64,000 bases of DNA from an uncultured Actinomycetes bacterium (GTDB taxonomy: Bacteria; Actinomycetota; UBA4738; HRBIN12). The notes beneath the pieces were generated by a model. It was not told the DNA's origin. It saw only the letters and a program-made list of their open reading frames with translations, and searched no databases. Below are positions 31,221 to 42,574 of the stretch, piece after piece. The stretch's first letter is position 1; each line of letters begins with the position of its first letter. The position numbers and the translations under genes were made by a program. The stretch lies in contig CAWAWO010000002.1 of assembly GCA_963785835.1 (NCBI GenBank), positions 624,867 to 688,866 of the forward strand. Reading direction: 5' to 3'.

Positions 31221-31501
31221 CCGGCGTCTGATTCAGACGCGGCGGCGCGGTTCGCGGCCTTGGCCAGCCGCGACTTGTGCCGGGCGGCCGTGCGCTTGTG
31301 CACGATGCCCTTGCTGGCCGCCTTGTCGAACGCGCGAGACGCGTCCTGCGCGCCGGCCGACGCGGCGTCGGCGTCGCCTTGGGCGACGGCTGCGTGCACC
31401 TTCTTGGTGGACGTCTTCAGCGAGGAGCGGACGGCCTTGTTGCGCTCGTGCCGCTTCGTGTTCTGACGGTTCCGCTTGATCTGGGACTTGATGTTGGCCA
31501 T
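31217..31501 (-). CDS. rpsT: 30S ribosomal protein S20
   Basis: [26 protein letters not shown], 94 aa. ATG at 31499-31501. The stop overlaps the holA stop. Confidence 0.93.
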   Translation of the reverse strand: MANIKSQIKRNRQNTKRHERNKAVRSSLKTSTKKVHAAVAQGDADAASAGAQDASRAFDKAASKGIVHKRTAARHKSRLAKAANRAAASESDAG

Positions 31502-31577
31502 GAACGGTCGAGTGTACCAGCGGCCCTCTGGGCGCCCGGGGCCGCTCGAGCACGCCGCCCGTACGATAGGCGCGGCC

Positions 31578-33379
<1,802 letters not shown>

Positions 33380-33383
<4 letters not shown>

Positions 33384-34482
33384 GCGCGGGGCTGTATGTC
33401 CACGTGCCGTTCTGCCTCACGCGCTGCGGGTACTGCGACTTCAACGCGTACGCGGGGATCGACCATCTCGCGTCGCGCTACGTCGGCGCGCTGCTCGACG
33501 AGGCGCGCCTGGCAGCGGCTGGTTGGTCGAACGAGGAGGTCGTGAGCGTGTTCCTCGGCGGCGGGACTCCGACCACGCTCGAGGTCGCGGACCTGAAGGC
33601 GCTCCTCGCGAACCTCAGGCAGGCCTACGCGATCGCGCCGGACGCCGAAGTCACGATCGAGGCCAACCCGGACACGGTCGACGTGGCGAAGCTCTCCGGG
33701 CTCCTCGAGGCCGGGTACACGCGCCTATCGATGGGGGCGCAGTCGTTCGATACGAGCCGTGCTCGCGGCGCTCGAGCGCGTCCACGACCCGACCTCCGTC
33801 CGCCGCGCGTTCTCGGCGGCGCGGGCGGCTGGCTACGCGAACGTGAACCTCGACCTGATCTACGGCGCCGACGGCGAGGCGCTCGACTCGTGGGAGCGCA
33901 CGCTCCGCGAGACGATCGAGCTCGCGCCGGAGCACGTGAGCGCATACGCGCTCACGATCGAGCCGTCCACGCCGCTCGGCAGGAAGGTGGCGCGTGGAGT
34001 CGTCACCGGCGCCGAACCCGGACCTGCAGGCCGAAATGTTCGAGCTCGCGTGCGACCTGCTCGCCGGCGCCGGGTACCGCCATTACGAGATCTCGAATTG
34101 GGCCAAGCCCGGGTTCGAGTGCGTCCACAACCTCGGGTACTGGGAACGGCGGCCGTACCTCGGGCTCGGCGCCGGGGCGCATTCCTACCGGGACGATCGC
34201 AGGTGGTGGAACGTTCGCCCGCCCGAGGAGTACCTGTCGCTCGTGGAGTCGGGCCGGCTGCCGGTCGGCGGCGAGGAGCGGCTCGAGCCGAGCGACGCGT
34301 ACCTCGAGGAGGTCTTCCTGCGACTGCGGATCCTCGAAGGCGTGCCGTCGTCGTGGGTCGAGCCGGGCCGGTCTGAGCCGTTCCTCGAGTCGGGTCTGCT
34401 TCGCGAGCATGACGGGTCGCTCGTCCCGAGCGAACGCGGGATGCTCGTGCTGAACGAGCTCGTCCTCGCGCTCACCGCGTAG
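33380..34482 (+). pseudogene. hemW: radical SAM haem chaperone HemW (HemN-like), two +1 frameshifts as sequenced (about 33753 and 34005)
   Basis: ATG 33380 overlaps the lepA stop (ATGA). The CxxxCxxC motif is present (PFCLTRCGYCDF). Frame 1 ends after GAQSFDT, frame 2 continues VLAALERVHD...TPLGRKVARGVV, and frame 3 continues PAPNPDLQAEMFELA...YEISNWAKPG...HNLGYW. The span is 1103 nt = 3n+2. Confidence 0.85.
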
Positions 34483-34486
34483 CCGG

Positions 34487-36268
34487 CTACGGACCGAGGT
34501 TCGAGCCGCAGAGCGTCTCGCCCGACCGGAACGACGGGCCCTGATCCGTCACCGGTTCCGTGAAATCCCGAACGTCGACGAGGTGCAGCATGCCGTCGTT
34601 CCGCAAGACCAGCGTCGTCTGGTGCGCGTGCCACTCGGCGTCCGGCGAGTCGTTCGGGAGGGACTCGGCCGAGGTAGCGACGATCCCGGGGCCCTCCGGT
34701 GCCGGAAGATCGCCGCACTGCAGCCCGTACAGCGAGAACGCGTCGCCGCCCACGAGGAAGGCCGCCTGTGTCGAGGGCTCGAATCCACCCTGCGGATCTC
34801 CTGGCGCCGCGACGTTCACGGGCGTGATCGAGGGCGTTCCGTCCGTCGTGACCACGTCGTAGAGGTAAGCGTTCACGACGACACCACCACCCTGAACGAC
34901 CAGCAGCTCGGTGGTCCCGTCGCCGTCGACGTCCGGAGCCGAGAACGTCCGACACTCGAACTCGCACTCGATCGGTCCGTAGGAAGTGTCGGCGGCGCCG
35001 TCCTGATCCGCATCGAGCGCGATGACGTTGAAGGCGGCCTCGGGCTGCGGGCAGCCGCCTGTATCGCCCCTCCTGGTCGCGACGAACATCGTCGAATTCA
35101 CGCCCGCTTCCGCGAACGCCCCTTCGATCGACGACACGTTGCAGACGGGGAAGCCGAGAGCGAGTTGTTCATCGTCCTTCGAAGGTGGGATCGGCGCGGC
35201 TGTCTCGGCCGGGAGCGTCACAGGGGTGCCTCCGATCACCGGGTACCAGTCGAGCGAGGCGCCACCGTCGGACGAGATTGAGGTTGCATCCGTGACCTGA
35301 CGCGCGTTGGTCCCATCCGAATCCGTCACCCAGATCTCATACCTGTCTGGACAGTTCTCCTCGGGGCAGTTCGCGGCCAGTGACCGGACCGAGTAGGCGA
35401 TCTGGGACCCGTCGGGTGACCATGTCGGGTCGAGATAGGACCCTGGTTCAATTGGCAAGCGATCCACTTCCGCGCCGTCCGAAGCAGCGACGAAGATGCT
35501 GCCGTCTTGGACGAAGACGATCGCCGCACCGTCTGGTGACCACTCAGGGTCGTACCCGGCGATCCTCGCGCCGAGGATGTGTGGTTCTGCATCGGGATCG
35601 GCCTTCTGGATCGCCAGAGAGCCAGTGGGGTTCGTGAACACGACCTCTGTTCCGTCAGGAGACCACGACGGCGAACTCCCGCGGGCGATCCACGTCGTTG
35701 TCACTCCTTCGGCGTCGACGATGAAGACCGATTCGCCGAACCCGCCGGCGCGGGCGGTGAACGCGATGCGAGTCCCATCCGGCGACCAGGTGGGATCCAT
35801 GCCCTCTTCATACTCGTCGTAGAGTTGGCGCGGAGCCGATCCATTCGCGTTCATCACGAAGATCCCGGGTTCATCGCGACGAGTGAATACGATCTTCGCG
35901 CCGTCGGGCGACCACGCCCCCGATCCAGCCACGCCGACGGGCGACTCAGGAATCACCCCCAGCTGACCCGTCGCCACGTCCACCGTTAGCAGCTGAGGCG
36001 GCGCGTCTTCCTGCAACCGCCCCGAGAAGAGGATGACGCCTTCGCCTGATGCAGCCGGTCCACTGGTTCCGTCCTCGAACACACGCATCAGTCCGATCAA
36101 GCCGATCGCGCTGCCCGCGACAACGCCGATGGCGAGCAGCCCGGTCTTCACGTTTCGGAGGAGACGCCGGTGTTCCCGTCGTTGGATCAAGTCCTCGTAG
36201 ACGCCGCTCGGGTCAGCCAGCCTGCCGGCCTGCTCGAGTTCGTGCCGAAGGTGTTCGTCAAGCGCCAC
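34487..36268 (-). CDS. single-pass membrane protein with five TolB-type PD40 repeats and a C-terminal FG-GAP/VCBS-like Cys-rich domain; candidate anti-sigma/sensor partner of the ECF sigma
   Basis: GTG 36266-36268 overlaps the sigma gene end by 11 nt. About 40 cytoplasmic residues, then TM helix GLLAIGVVAGSAIGLIGL. Repeats are WSPDGAKIVF, WSPDGTRIAF, WSPDGTEVVF, WSPDGAAIVF, WSPDGSQIAY. The C-terminus carries DADQDGAAD and PDVDGDGTTELLVV. The track ORF start at 36553 is an extension inside the sigma gene. Confidence 0.7.
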   Translation of the reverse strand: MALDEHLRHELEQAGRLADPSGVYEDLIQRREHRRLLRNVKTGLLAIGVVAGSAIGLIGLMRVFEDGTSGPAASGEGVILFSGRLQEDAPPQLLTVDVATGQLGVIPESPVGVAGSGAWSPDGAKIVFTRRDEPGIFVMNANGSAPRQLYDEYEEGMDPTWSPDGTRIAFTARAGGFGESVFIVDAEGVTTTWIARGSSPSWSPDGTEVVFTNPTGSLAIQKADPDAEPHILGARIAGYDPEWSPDGAAIVFVQDGSIFVAASDGAEVDRLPIEPGSYLDPTWSPDGSQIAYSVRSLAANCPEENCPDRYEIWVTDSDGTNARQVTDATSISSDGGASLDWYPVIGGTPVTLPAETAAPIPPSKDDEQLALGFPVCNVSSIEGAFAEAGVNSTMFVATRRGDTGGCPQPEAAFNVIALDADQDGAADTSYGPIECEFECRTFSAPDVDGDGTTELLVVQGGGVVVNAYLYDVVTTDGTPSITPVNVAAPGDPQGGFEPSTQAAFLVGGDAFSLYGLQCGDLPAPEGPGIVATSAESLPNDSPDAEWHAHQTTLVLRNDGMLHLVDVRDFTEPVTDQGPSFRSGETLCGSNLGP

Positions 36269-36764
36269 GGTCGTTCGCCTCCTCTGGTTCCTGCACGCCG
36301 AGTCGGTCCGCGAGCGCCGCGCGAGCTCTCGACAACGTGCTCTTGACGGTTCCCTCGTTGATGCCGAGCGCTCGTCCCACCTCGCGCGTGTCGAGCTGTA
36401 GGTAGTAGCGGAGCACGGCTGCCTCGCGCTGACGGCGGGGGAGCGCCGAAAGCGCTCGCTCCACGTCGACCCGGTCGGCGCTCGGCTGGCCCGCAACGGG
36501 CGGCTGGAGGCGTCCTCGCGCACGCCGCTCCGAGCGAAGCCGCCGGAGCCCACTCCTGGCCAGGTTCAGCGATACCGTCGTCACCCACGCGTTCAACGAC
36601 TCGATGTCCTCTCCCTTCTCCGAGCGCTCCCACGCCCGGAGGAGCGCCTCCTGAACCGCGTCCTCGGCCGCGGGCCGACTGCCGCACACGAGCGCGACCG
36701 CCGCGACCAGCCGCGGATACGCGGTGTGCAGAAACTCCCGGAGCGCGATCTCGTCGACCCTCAT
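36258..36764 (-). CDS. ECF-type RNA polymerase sigma factor
   Basis: 168 aa. Region 2 is AEDAVQEALLRAWE...LNAWVTTVSLNLARS and region 4 is LPRRQREAAVLRYYLQLDTREVGRALGINEGTVKSTLSRAR. Confidence 0.88.
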   Translation of the reverse strand: MRVDEIALREFLHTAYPRLVAAVALVCGSRPAAEDAVQEALLRAWERSEKGEDIESLNAWVTTVSLNLARSGLRRLRSERRARGRLQPPVAGQPSADRVDVERALSALPRRQREAAVLRYYLQLDTREVGRALGINEGTVKSTLSRARAALADRLGVQEPEEANDRGA

Positions 36765-36827
36765 CTGCTGATCAACCCTAGGACGCCTCGCACCTGCCGA
36801 CGGTTGTCACGCGCCGTTGATCAGGCA

Positions 36828-36854
36828 CTAGCACTCTCGGGGGTAGACTGCTAA
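36828..36854. promoter_or_regulatory. CIRCE operator (HrcA binding site) upstream of hrcA-dnaJ
   Basis: CTAGCACTC-N9-GACTGCTAA compared with the consensus TTAGCACTC-N9-GAGTGCTAA (16 of 18). It ends 5 nt before the hrcA ATG. Confidence 0.85.
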
Positions 36855-36859
36855 ACGCC

Positions 36860-37894
36860 ATGGTGGAGCCCGAGCTCGGAGCGCGGAAGGTCGCGGTGCT
36901 CCGCGCCGTCGTCGAGGAGTATGTGCGCACGGGCGAGCCTGTGGGCAGCGAGACGATCGCCGATCGGGCGGCCCTCGGTGTCTCCAGCGCGACGATCCGG
37001 AACGAGTTGGCCGCGCTCGAAGAGCTCGGGTACCTCTCCCACCCGCACACCTCGGCCGGACGCATCCCCACGGACGCCGGCTACCGGCGGTTCGTCGACT
37101 CGCTGCCGCCGGGCGGCCGCATGCGCGACGCCCAGCGCCGCGCGATCGCCGGCTTCTTCGCCGAGACGATGCTCGATCTCGAGGAGGTCCTGAGGGGAAC
37201 GACCCAGCTGCTCTCGCGGGTCACCCAGTACGCGGGCCTTGCCGTGCCGCCCACCGGGTCGAACGAGATCGTGCTCCGCACCGAGCTGCTCGAGGTCGGA
37301 GGCGGCGTGCTCCTGCTGGCCGTCGGTCAGCGCGGGCAGGTCGACAAGATGATGATCGACCGTCCCGACGGTCTCGACGCCGATGGCCTCGCCGCGCTCG
37401 ACAGGGCGCTCGCCGACAGGGTGCACGGGCGGAACCTGACCGAGGCGCGCACCGAGGCGTTGAAGGCCGCCGCGGGGGCATCGTCGGCCGAGCGACAGAT
37501 CCTCGCCGCCGCCGCGGAGCTGTTCGGCGGCATGCAGCTCGGAACCGGGCCGCACGTCGTGATCGGCGGCGTGGCGAACCTCGCCGACGAGGCGGCGCAC
37601 TGGCGGCGCGAGACCGTCCGGCGCCTGTTCGAGGCCCTGGAGCACGAGTCGGAGATGCTCGAGCTCTTGCGGGACGTGACCACCGAGGACGTGAACGTCA
37701 CGATCGGCGCGGAGCATCCGCACACGGGGGAATGGGAGGCGTCGATCGTCTCCGCGCCGTTCCACGCCGGCTCGACCGCGCTCGGCGCCGTCGGCGTGGT
37801 GGGGCCGACCGCGATGGACTACGTGAACGTCATGGCCTCGGTGCGTGCGGTCGCTCGGCGACTGTCCGAGCTCGCTACCGAGCTCGGAGCCTAG
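36860..37894 (+). CDS. hrcA: heat-inducible transcription repressor HrcA
   Basis: 344 aa. The N-terminal winged helix [26 protein letters not shown]...[30 protein letters not shown] is diagnostic. Confidence 0.93.
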   Translation: MVEPELGARKVAVLRAVVEEYVRTGEPVGSETIADRAALGVSSATIRNELAALEELGYLSHPHTSAGRIPTDAGYRRFVDSLPPGGRMRDAQRRAIAGFFAETMLDLEEVLRGTTQLLSRVTQYAGLAVPPTGSNEIVLRTELLEVGGGVLLLAVGQRGQVDKMMIDRPDGLDADGLAALDRALADRVHGRNLTEARTEALKAAAGASSAERQILAAAAELFGGMQLGTGPHVVIGGVANLADEAAHWRRETVRRLFEALEHESEMLELLRDVTTEDVNVTIGAEHPHTGEWEASIVSAPFHAGSTALGAVGVVGPTAMDYVNVMASVRAVARRLSELATELGA

Positions 37895-37898
37895 GACG

Positions 37899-38999
37899 AT
37901 GGCCGCCGTGCGCGACCTGTACGACATCCTCGGCGTTCCCCGCGACGCGTCCACCGAGGACATCAGGACGGCGTACCGACGGCTCGCGCGCGAGCATCAT
38001 CCGGACGTGAACGCCGATCCGGCGGCCGAGGAGCGGTTCAAGGAGGTCGCCGCCGCCTACGAGATCCTCTCGGACGCGCAGAAGCGCGCGCGCTACGACG
38101 CCTACGGGCAGGGCGGGCCGGCGGAGGTCCCGTTCGGCGACATGTCCGACCTGTTCGAAGCGTTCTTCGGCACGGGCACGTTCGGCCGGCGGCGGTCCGG
38201 TCCCAGGTCTCGGACCCAGCGCGGCGAGGACGTGTTCGCCGAGATCGCGATCGGGTTCCGCGAGGCGGCGTTCGGTGTCCCGCGCCAGGTGGAGGTCGGC
38301 CGGATGCAGGCCTGCGATCGGTGTGACGGCAACGGGGCCGAGCCCGGCACCTCACCAGAGCGCTGTCGAACGTGCGGTGGCACGGGTCAGGTCCAGGACG
38401 TCCGGCGAAGCATCTTCGGGACGGTCATGACCGCGCATCCCTGCGGAACGTGCGAGGGGACCGGCGAGCAGATCGTCTCGCCGTGCGAGCGGTGCCGAGG
38501 GCGGGGCCGGATCGCGACGCAGGCCACCGTCGACATCGACGTGCCGGCGGGCGTCTCCGACGGGATGGAGCTCCGGATCTCGAACGCCGGGCACGCCGGT
38601 CGCGCGGGCGGGCCGGCCGGCGACCTCTACGTGTCGGTTCGCGTCGACGACGATCAGGTGTTCGAACGTCACGGGCAGGACGTGTTCGCGATCCTCGACG
38701 TACCGCTCGTGCAGGCGGCTCTCGGGGCGCGGGTGGAGGTCGAGACGCTCGACGGGGTCGAGACGATCGAGATCGAGCCGGGCACGGACTCCGGCACCAC
38801 GGTTCGCCTGCGCGGCGAGGGGGTCCCGAACCTCGGCCGGCGCAGCCGAGGGGACCTGTTCCTCACGATCGTCGTCGAGACGCCTCGGAACCTGTCGAAG
38901 GAAGAGCGCTCGCTCCTCGAGGAGCTCGCTCGCGTTCGCGGCGAGGCTGCCGGAAAGCGGGCGATCTCGAAGGCGTCGCTCCGCCGGCCGAACGCGTGA
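37899..38999 (+). CDS. dnaJ: chaperone DnaJ
   Basis: ATG 37899. J domain with HPD ([13 protein letters not shown]) and four CxxCxG zinc motifs ([32 protein letters not shown]). Confidence 0.93.
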   Translation: MAAVRDLYDILGVPRDASTEDIRTAYRRLAREHHPDVNADPAAEERFKEVAAAYEILSDAQKRARYDAYGQGGPAEVPFGDMSDLFEAFFGTGTFGRRRSGPRSRTQRGEDVFAEIAIGFREAAFGVPRQVEVGRMQACDRCDGNGAEPGTSPERCRTCGGTGQVQDVRRSIFGTVMTAHPCGTCEGTGEQIVSPCERCRGRGRIATQATVDIDVPAGVSDGMELRISNAGHAGRAGGPAGDLYVSVRVDDDQVFERHGQDVFAILDVPLVQAALGARVEVETLDGVETIEIEPGTDSGTTVRLRGEGVPNLGRRSRGDLFLTIVVETPRNLSKEERSLLEELARVRGEAAGKRAISKASLRRPNA

Positions 39000-39021
39000 C
39001 CCATCACGGAGGAGGGACCTC

Positions 39022-39369
39022 GTGAGCTCCAGCTGCCTGTTCTGCAACATCGTCACCGGCGAGGTTCCTGCGGAGATCCTGCACTCGTCGGACACCGTGA
39101 TCGCGATCCGCGACATCAACCCCGGCGCGCCGACCCACCTGCTCTTGATCCCGAAGGAGCACATCACGGACGTTCGCGACCTCGAGGACCGGCACGGCGG
39201 GATGCTCGCCGACGTGTTCCAGGCCGCGTCGCACCTCGCGAACGCCGAGGGCGTCGACGATGGCGGCTGGCGTCTCGTGGCCAACGTCGGCAGGGACGCC
39301 GGGCAGAGCGTGCTCCACCTGCACTTCCATCTCCTGGGCGGCCGTCAGCTGTCCTGGCCGCCGGGCTGA
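39022..39369 (+). CDS. HIT-family nucleotide hydrolase/transferase
   Basis: 115 aa with the histidine triad HLHFHLLGG. GTG start preceded by GGAGGAGGG. Confidence 0.88.
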   Translation: MSSSCLFCNIVTGEVPAEILHSSDTVIAIRDINPGAPTHLLLIPKEHITDVRDLEDRHGGMLADVFQAASHLANAEGVDDGGWRLVANVGRDAGQSVLHLHFHLLGGRQLSWPPG

Positions 39370-40469
39370 TGTCCAAGCGCGGAGCGCGTGGCGCGCGGAC
39401 CCCGGGGGTAGAATCCGAGCCCAAAGCGGCCCGTCGAACGACGGGCCCGTCCGAACGAGGAGGAGCGGGGCACCACCCCAGAGCGCAGCGTTTGGCGAGA
39501 GCCACCACGCAGGTGAAGATCCTGGTGCCGGGGGACCAGAGCATGGTCGCCCTCCTCGGTCAGCGCGACGAGCTGCTCAAGCTCGTCGAGGCCGCGTTCG
39601 ACTCCGAGATCGTGGTTCGCGGGAACGAGATCACGATCTCGGGACCCGAGCCCGAGGTGGAGCGCGTCGCGCTGCTGTTCGAGGAGCTCGTCACGCTGCT
39701 CGAACGCGGACACGAGCTCAACGCGTCGGCGGTGGGTCGCTCGATCGAATTGATCAAGGGCGACGAGGCGACGCCGACGCAGGTGCTGGGCGACGTCTTC
39801 CTCACCGGCCGTGGCCGCGGCATCGCGCCGAAGACGCTCGGGCAGAAGCGCTACGTCGACGCGATGCGCAACGCGACGGTCACGTTCGCGATCGGGCCCG
39901 CCGGAACGGGCAAGACCTATCTGGCCGTGGCGACCGCCGTGCGAGCCCTGCAGGACAAGCAGGTTTCGAGGCTGATCCTGTCGCGACCCGCGGTCGAGGC
40001 CGGGGAGCGGCTCGGGTTCCTGCCGGGAACCCTCTACGAGAAGATCGACCCGTACATGAAGCCGCTGTACGACGCGCTCTTCGAGATGATGGGTGCCGAC
40101 GCCTTGCCCCGACTCATGGAACGCGGAACGATCGAAGTTGCGCCTTTGGCGTTCCTGCGTGGCCGAACGCTGAACGACTCGTTCATCATCCTCGACGAGG
40201 CGCAGAACACGACGCCCGAGCAGATGAAGATGTTCCTCACGCGCATCGGGTTCGGGTCCAAGGCCGTGGTGAACGGCGACGTCACGCAGATCGACCTGCC
40301 GAACGGACAGACCTCAGGACTGGTGATCGTCCAGGGCATCCTGCAAGGGGTCGACGGGATCGAGGTCTCGCACCTCGGCGGTCGAGACGTCGTGCGGCAC
40401 AAGATCGTGCAGGACATCGTGGAGGCCTACCGCGTCTTCGGAGAGCAGCGCGCCCGCGCCGATGGCTGA
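39369..40469 (+). CDS. phoH: PhoH-like ATPase (YbeZ-type)
   Basis: Walker A GPAGTGKT and Walker B IILDEAQN. The first 48 or so codons have poor third-position GC, so the true start may be nearer GTG 39513. Confidence 0.85.
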   Translation: MSKRGARGARTPGVESEPKAARRTTGPSERGGAGHHPRAQRLARATTQVKILVPGDQSMVALLGQRDELLKLVEAAFDSEIVVRGNEITISGPEPEVERVALLFEELVTLLERGHELNASAVGRSIELIKGDEATPTQVLGDVFLTGRGRGIAPKTLGQKRYVDAMRNATVTFAIGPAGTGKTYLAVATAVRALQDKQVSRLILSRPAVEAGERLGFLPGTLYEKIDPYMKPLYDALFEMMGADALPRLMERGTIEVAPLAFLRGRTLNDSFIILDEAQNTTPEQMKMFLTRIGFGSKAVVNGDVTQIDLPNGQTSGLVIVQGILQGVDGIEVSHLGGRDVVRHKIVQDIVEAYRVFGEQRARADG

Positions 40470-40898
40470 CGACGACCAACCTCCGCTGATCCTCGTCGAC
40501 GACCGGCAGTCGATGCCGCTCGATGTCGACGGTCTCATCGCGCTGGCACGCGAGTGCCTCGTCGGGGAGGGCGTGGCCGACTCCGAGCTGTCGGTCTCGT
40601 TCGTGACCGAGGAGGAGATGGCCGACCTCCACCTTCGCTACATGGACGAGGAAGGCCCGACCGACGTGCTGTCGTTCCCGCAGGACGACGACGGCGACCA
40701 AGAGGCCGAGGCTCCTCGGCGACGTCGTGATCGCGCCCGCCGTCGCCGCCCGCAACAACCCCGGACGACCTCGCTGCCGAGCTCCGGCTGCTGCTCGTGC
40801 ACGGGATCCTGCACCTGCTCGGGCACGACCACGACGACGAGGTCGAGCGCGCCGCGATGTGGACCCGGCAGGAGCGATACGCCAGGGTGGACGCCTGA
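40462..40898 (+). pseudogene. ybeY: rRNA maturation endoribonuclease YbeY, two +1 frameshifts about 50 nt apart (about 40710 and 40762)
   Basis: Frame 1 runs to ...PTDVLSFPQDDDGDQEAE, frame 2 reads LLGDVVIAPAVAARNNP, and frame 3 reads DDLAAELRLLLVHGILHLLGHDHDDEVERAAMW (the HGxLHLxGxDH zinc motif) to TGA 40896-40898. The span is 437 nt = 3n+2. Confidence 0.85.
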
Positions 40899-42167
40899 TG
40901 GTCTGGCTCTGGGTCCTCGTCGCCTTCCTCGTGATCCTCGGCTCGATCCTGGCGATCGCCGAGGCCTCGCTCACGCGCATGACGCGGGTGCGCGCGCTGG
41001 CGCTCGTCGAGGAGGGCCGGCGCAACGCCGTCGTGCTCGAACGCATCGAGGCCGAGCCGCCCCGGTTCCTGAACGCGATCTACCTCACAGTGATGCTGTG
41101 CCAGAACGGCTCGGCGATCATCGTGGCGATCATCGCCGAGCGGACCTACGGCGGCCTCGGGCATCACGCTCGTCTCCGTCATCTTCACGCTCCTGTACTT
41201 CGTGCTCGTCGAGGCGATGAGCAAGACGTTCGGCGTGCTGCACTCGGACCGGGCCGCGCTCGCGGTCGCGCCGCTCGTGTGGGCGCTGGGACGCCTCCTC
41301 GCGCTGCCGACCGCCGGGCTGATCGGCCTCGCCAACTGGCTCCTGCCGGGCCGGGGGCTCAAACAGGGGCCGTTCGTCTCCGAGGCCGATCTCCGTTCGA
41401 TGGCCGAGGTGGGTCACGAGGAGGGCTCGATCGAGCGGGAGGAGAAGGAGCTCATCCACTCGATCTTCGAGTTCGGCGACACGATCGTGCGCGAGGTCAT
41501 GGTGCCTCGGCCCGACGTCACGGCGATCGAAGGTGACAAGACACTTCGCGACGTCCAGGCGCTCGTGCTGCAACACGGCTACTCGAGGATCCCGGTGTTC
41601 ACGGACGACCTGGACGAGATCGTCGGCATCGTCTATGCGAAGGATGTGCTGAAGGCGCTCCACCAGGGCAAGCACGACATGCCCCTCTCCGACATCGTCC
41701 GCAAGGCGCACTTCGTGCCCGAGTCCAAGAAGGTCGCCGACCTGCTGCGCGAGATGCAGCAGGAGAAGTTCCACATCGCGCTCGTGACCGACGAATACGG
41801 GAGCGTGTCGGGGCTCGTCACGCTCGAGGACCTGCTCGAGGAGCTCGTGGGCGAGATCGCCGACGAGTACGACACCGAGGAGCCCGAGCTCGAGCAGGTG
41901 GCGGAGAACGTCTACCGCGTCGACGGCAAGCTCGCGATCGACGAGCTGAACGAGATCCTGGATGTCGAGCTCCCCGACGAGGAATGGGACACGATCGGTG
42001 GCCTCATGCTCGGGCTGATCGGGTCGATCCCCGAGGAGGGGCAGGAGGTGCCGTTCCAGAACCTCCGGTTCACGGCCGAGCGGGTGAACGGCCGGCGGAT
42101 CTCGAAGGTCCTGGTCACGCGCGAGGAGGAACCCGAAGAAGCGCAGGAGGAGGTTCGCGCGGAGTGA
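40898..42167 (+). pseudogene. DUF21-CBS-CorC_HlyC family protein (hemolysin-like / Mg-Co efflux-related), +1 frameshift near 41159
   Basis: ATG 40898 shares a base with the ybeY stop. The DUF21 TM region runs to ERTYGGLG and the next frame continues ITLVSVIFTLLYFVLVEAMSKTFG.... A CBS pair and the C-terminal transporter-associated domain follow. The span is 1270 nt = 3n+1. Confidence 0.85.
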
Positions 42168-42574
42168 GCGGTCCCTCCGACCGAGTCGAGGAGCTCATCG
42201 CGGCGGCGCGCGAGGCGATGGAGCGAGGCTCGTACGCGCCGTACTCGAACTTCAACGTCGGCGCCGCCGTGCTCGCCGAGGGCGAGGTGTTCCCCGGCGC
42301 GAACGTCGAGAACGCCTCGTATCCGATGTCGGTGTGCGCCGAACGCAACGCGGTCGCCGCAGCGGTCATCGCGGGCAAGCGCTCGATCGACGCGGTCGCG
42401 GTCGTCACCAGGGCCGAGGAGCCCACGCCGCCGTGCGGCGGGTGCCGGCAGGTGCTGAACGAGTTCGGGCCGCGGATGCTCGTCGTGATCGAAGCCGCGG
42501 GCGGCAAGCGCGCCGAGTGGTCACTGCCGGACATCCTGCCGCACGCGTTCGGCCCGGACGATCTCGCGAAGTGA
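42164..42574 (+). CDS. cdd: cytidine deaminase
   Basis: GTG 42164 overlaps the upstream stop. Zinc motifs CAERNA and PCGGCRQ. 136 aa. Confidence 0.88.
   Translation: MSGPSDRVEELIAAAREAMERGSYAPYSNFNVGAAVLAEGEVFPGANVENASYPMSVCAERNAVAAAVIAGKRSIDAVAVVTRAEEPTPPCGGCRQVLNEFGPRMLVVIEAAGGKRAEWSLPDILPHAFGPDDLAK

Noticed and set aside
31476-31577. The longer lepA start (ATG 31476). Analogous extensions are holA from 30162, fabG to 3195, dnaJ from 37845, rplU from 13922, and the PD40 protein to 36553.
   Set aside because: The extensions overlap neighbouring genes and translate to non-conserved Arg/Pro-rich sequence. The conserved N-termini begin at internal GTG or ATG codons that overlap or closely follow the upstream stop.
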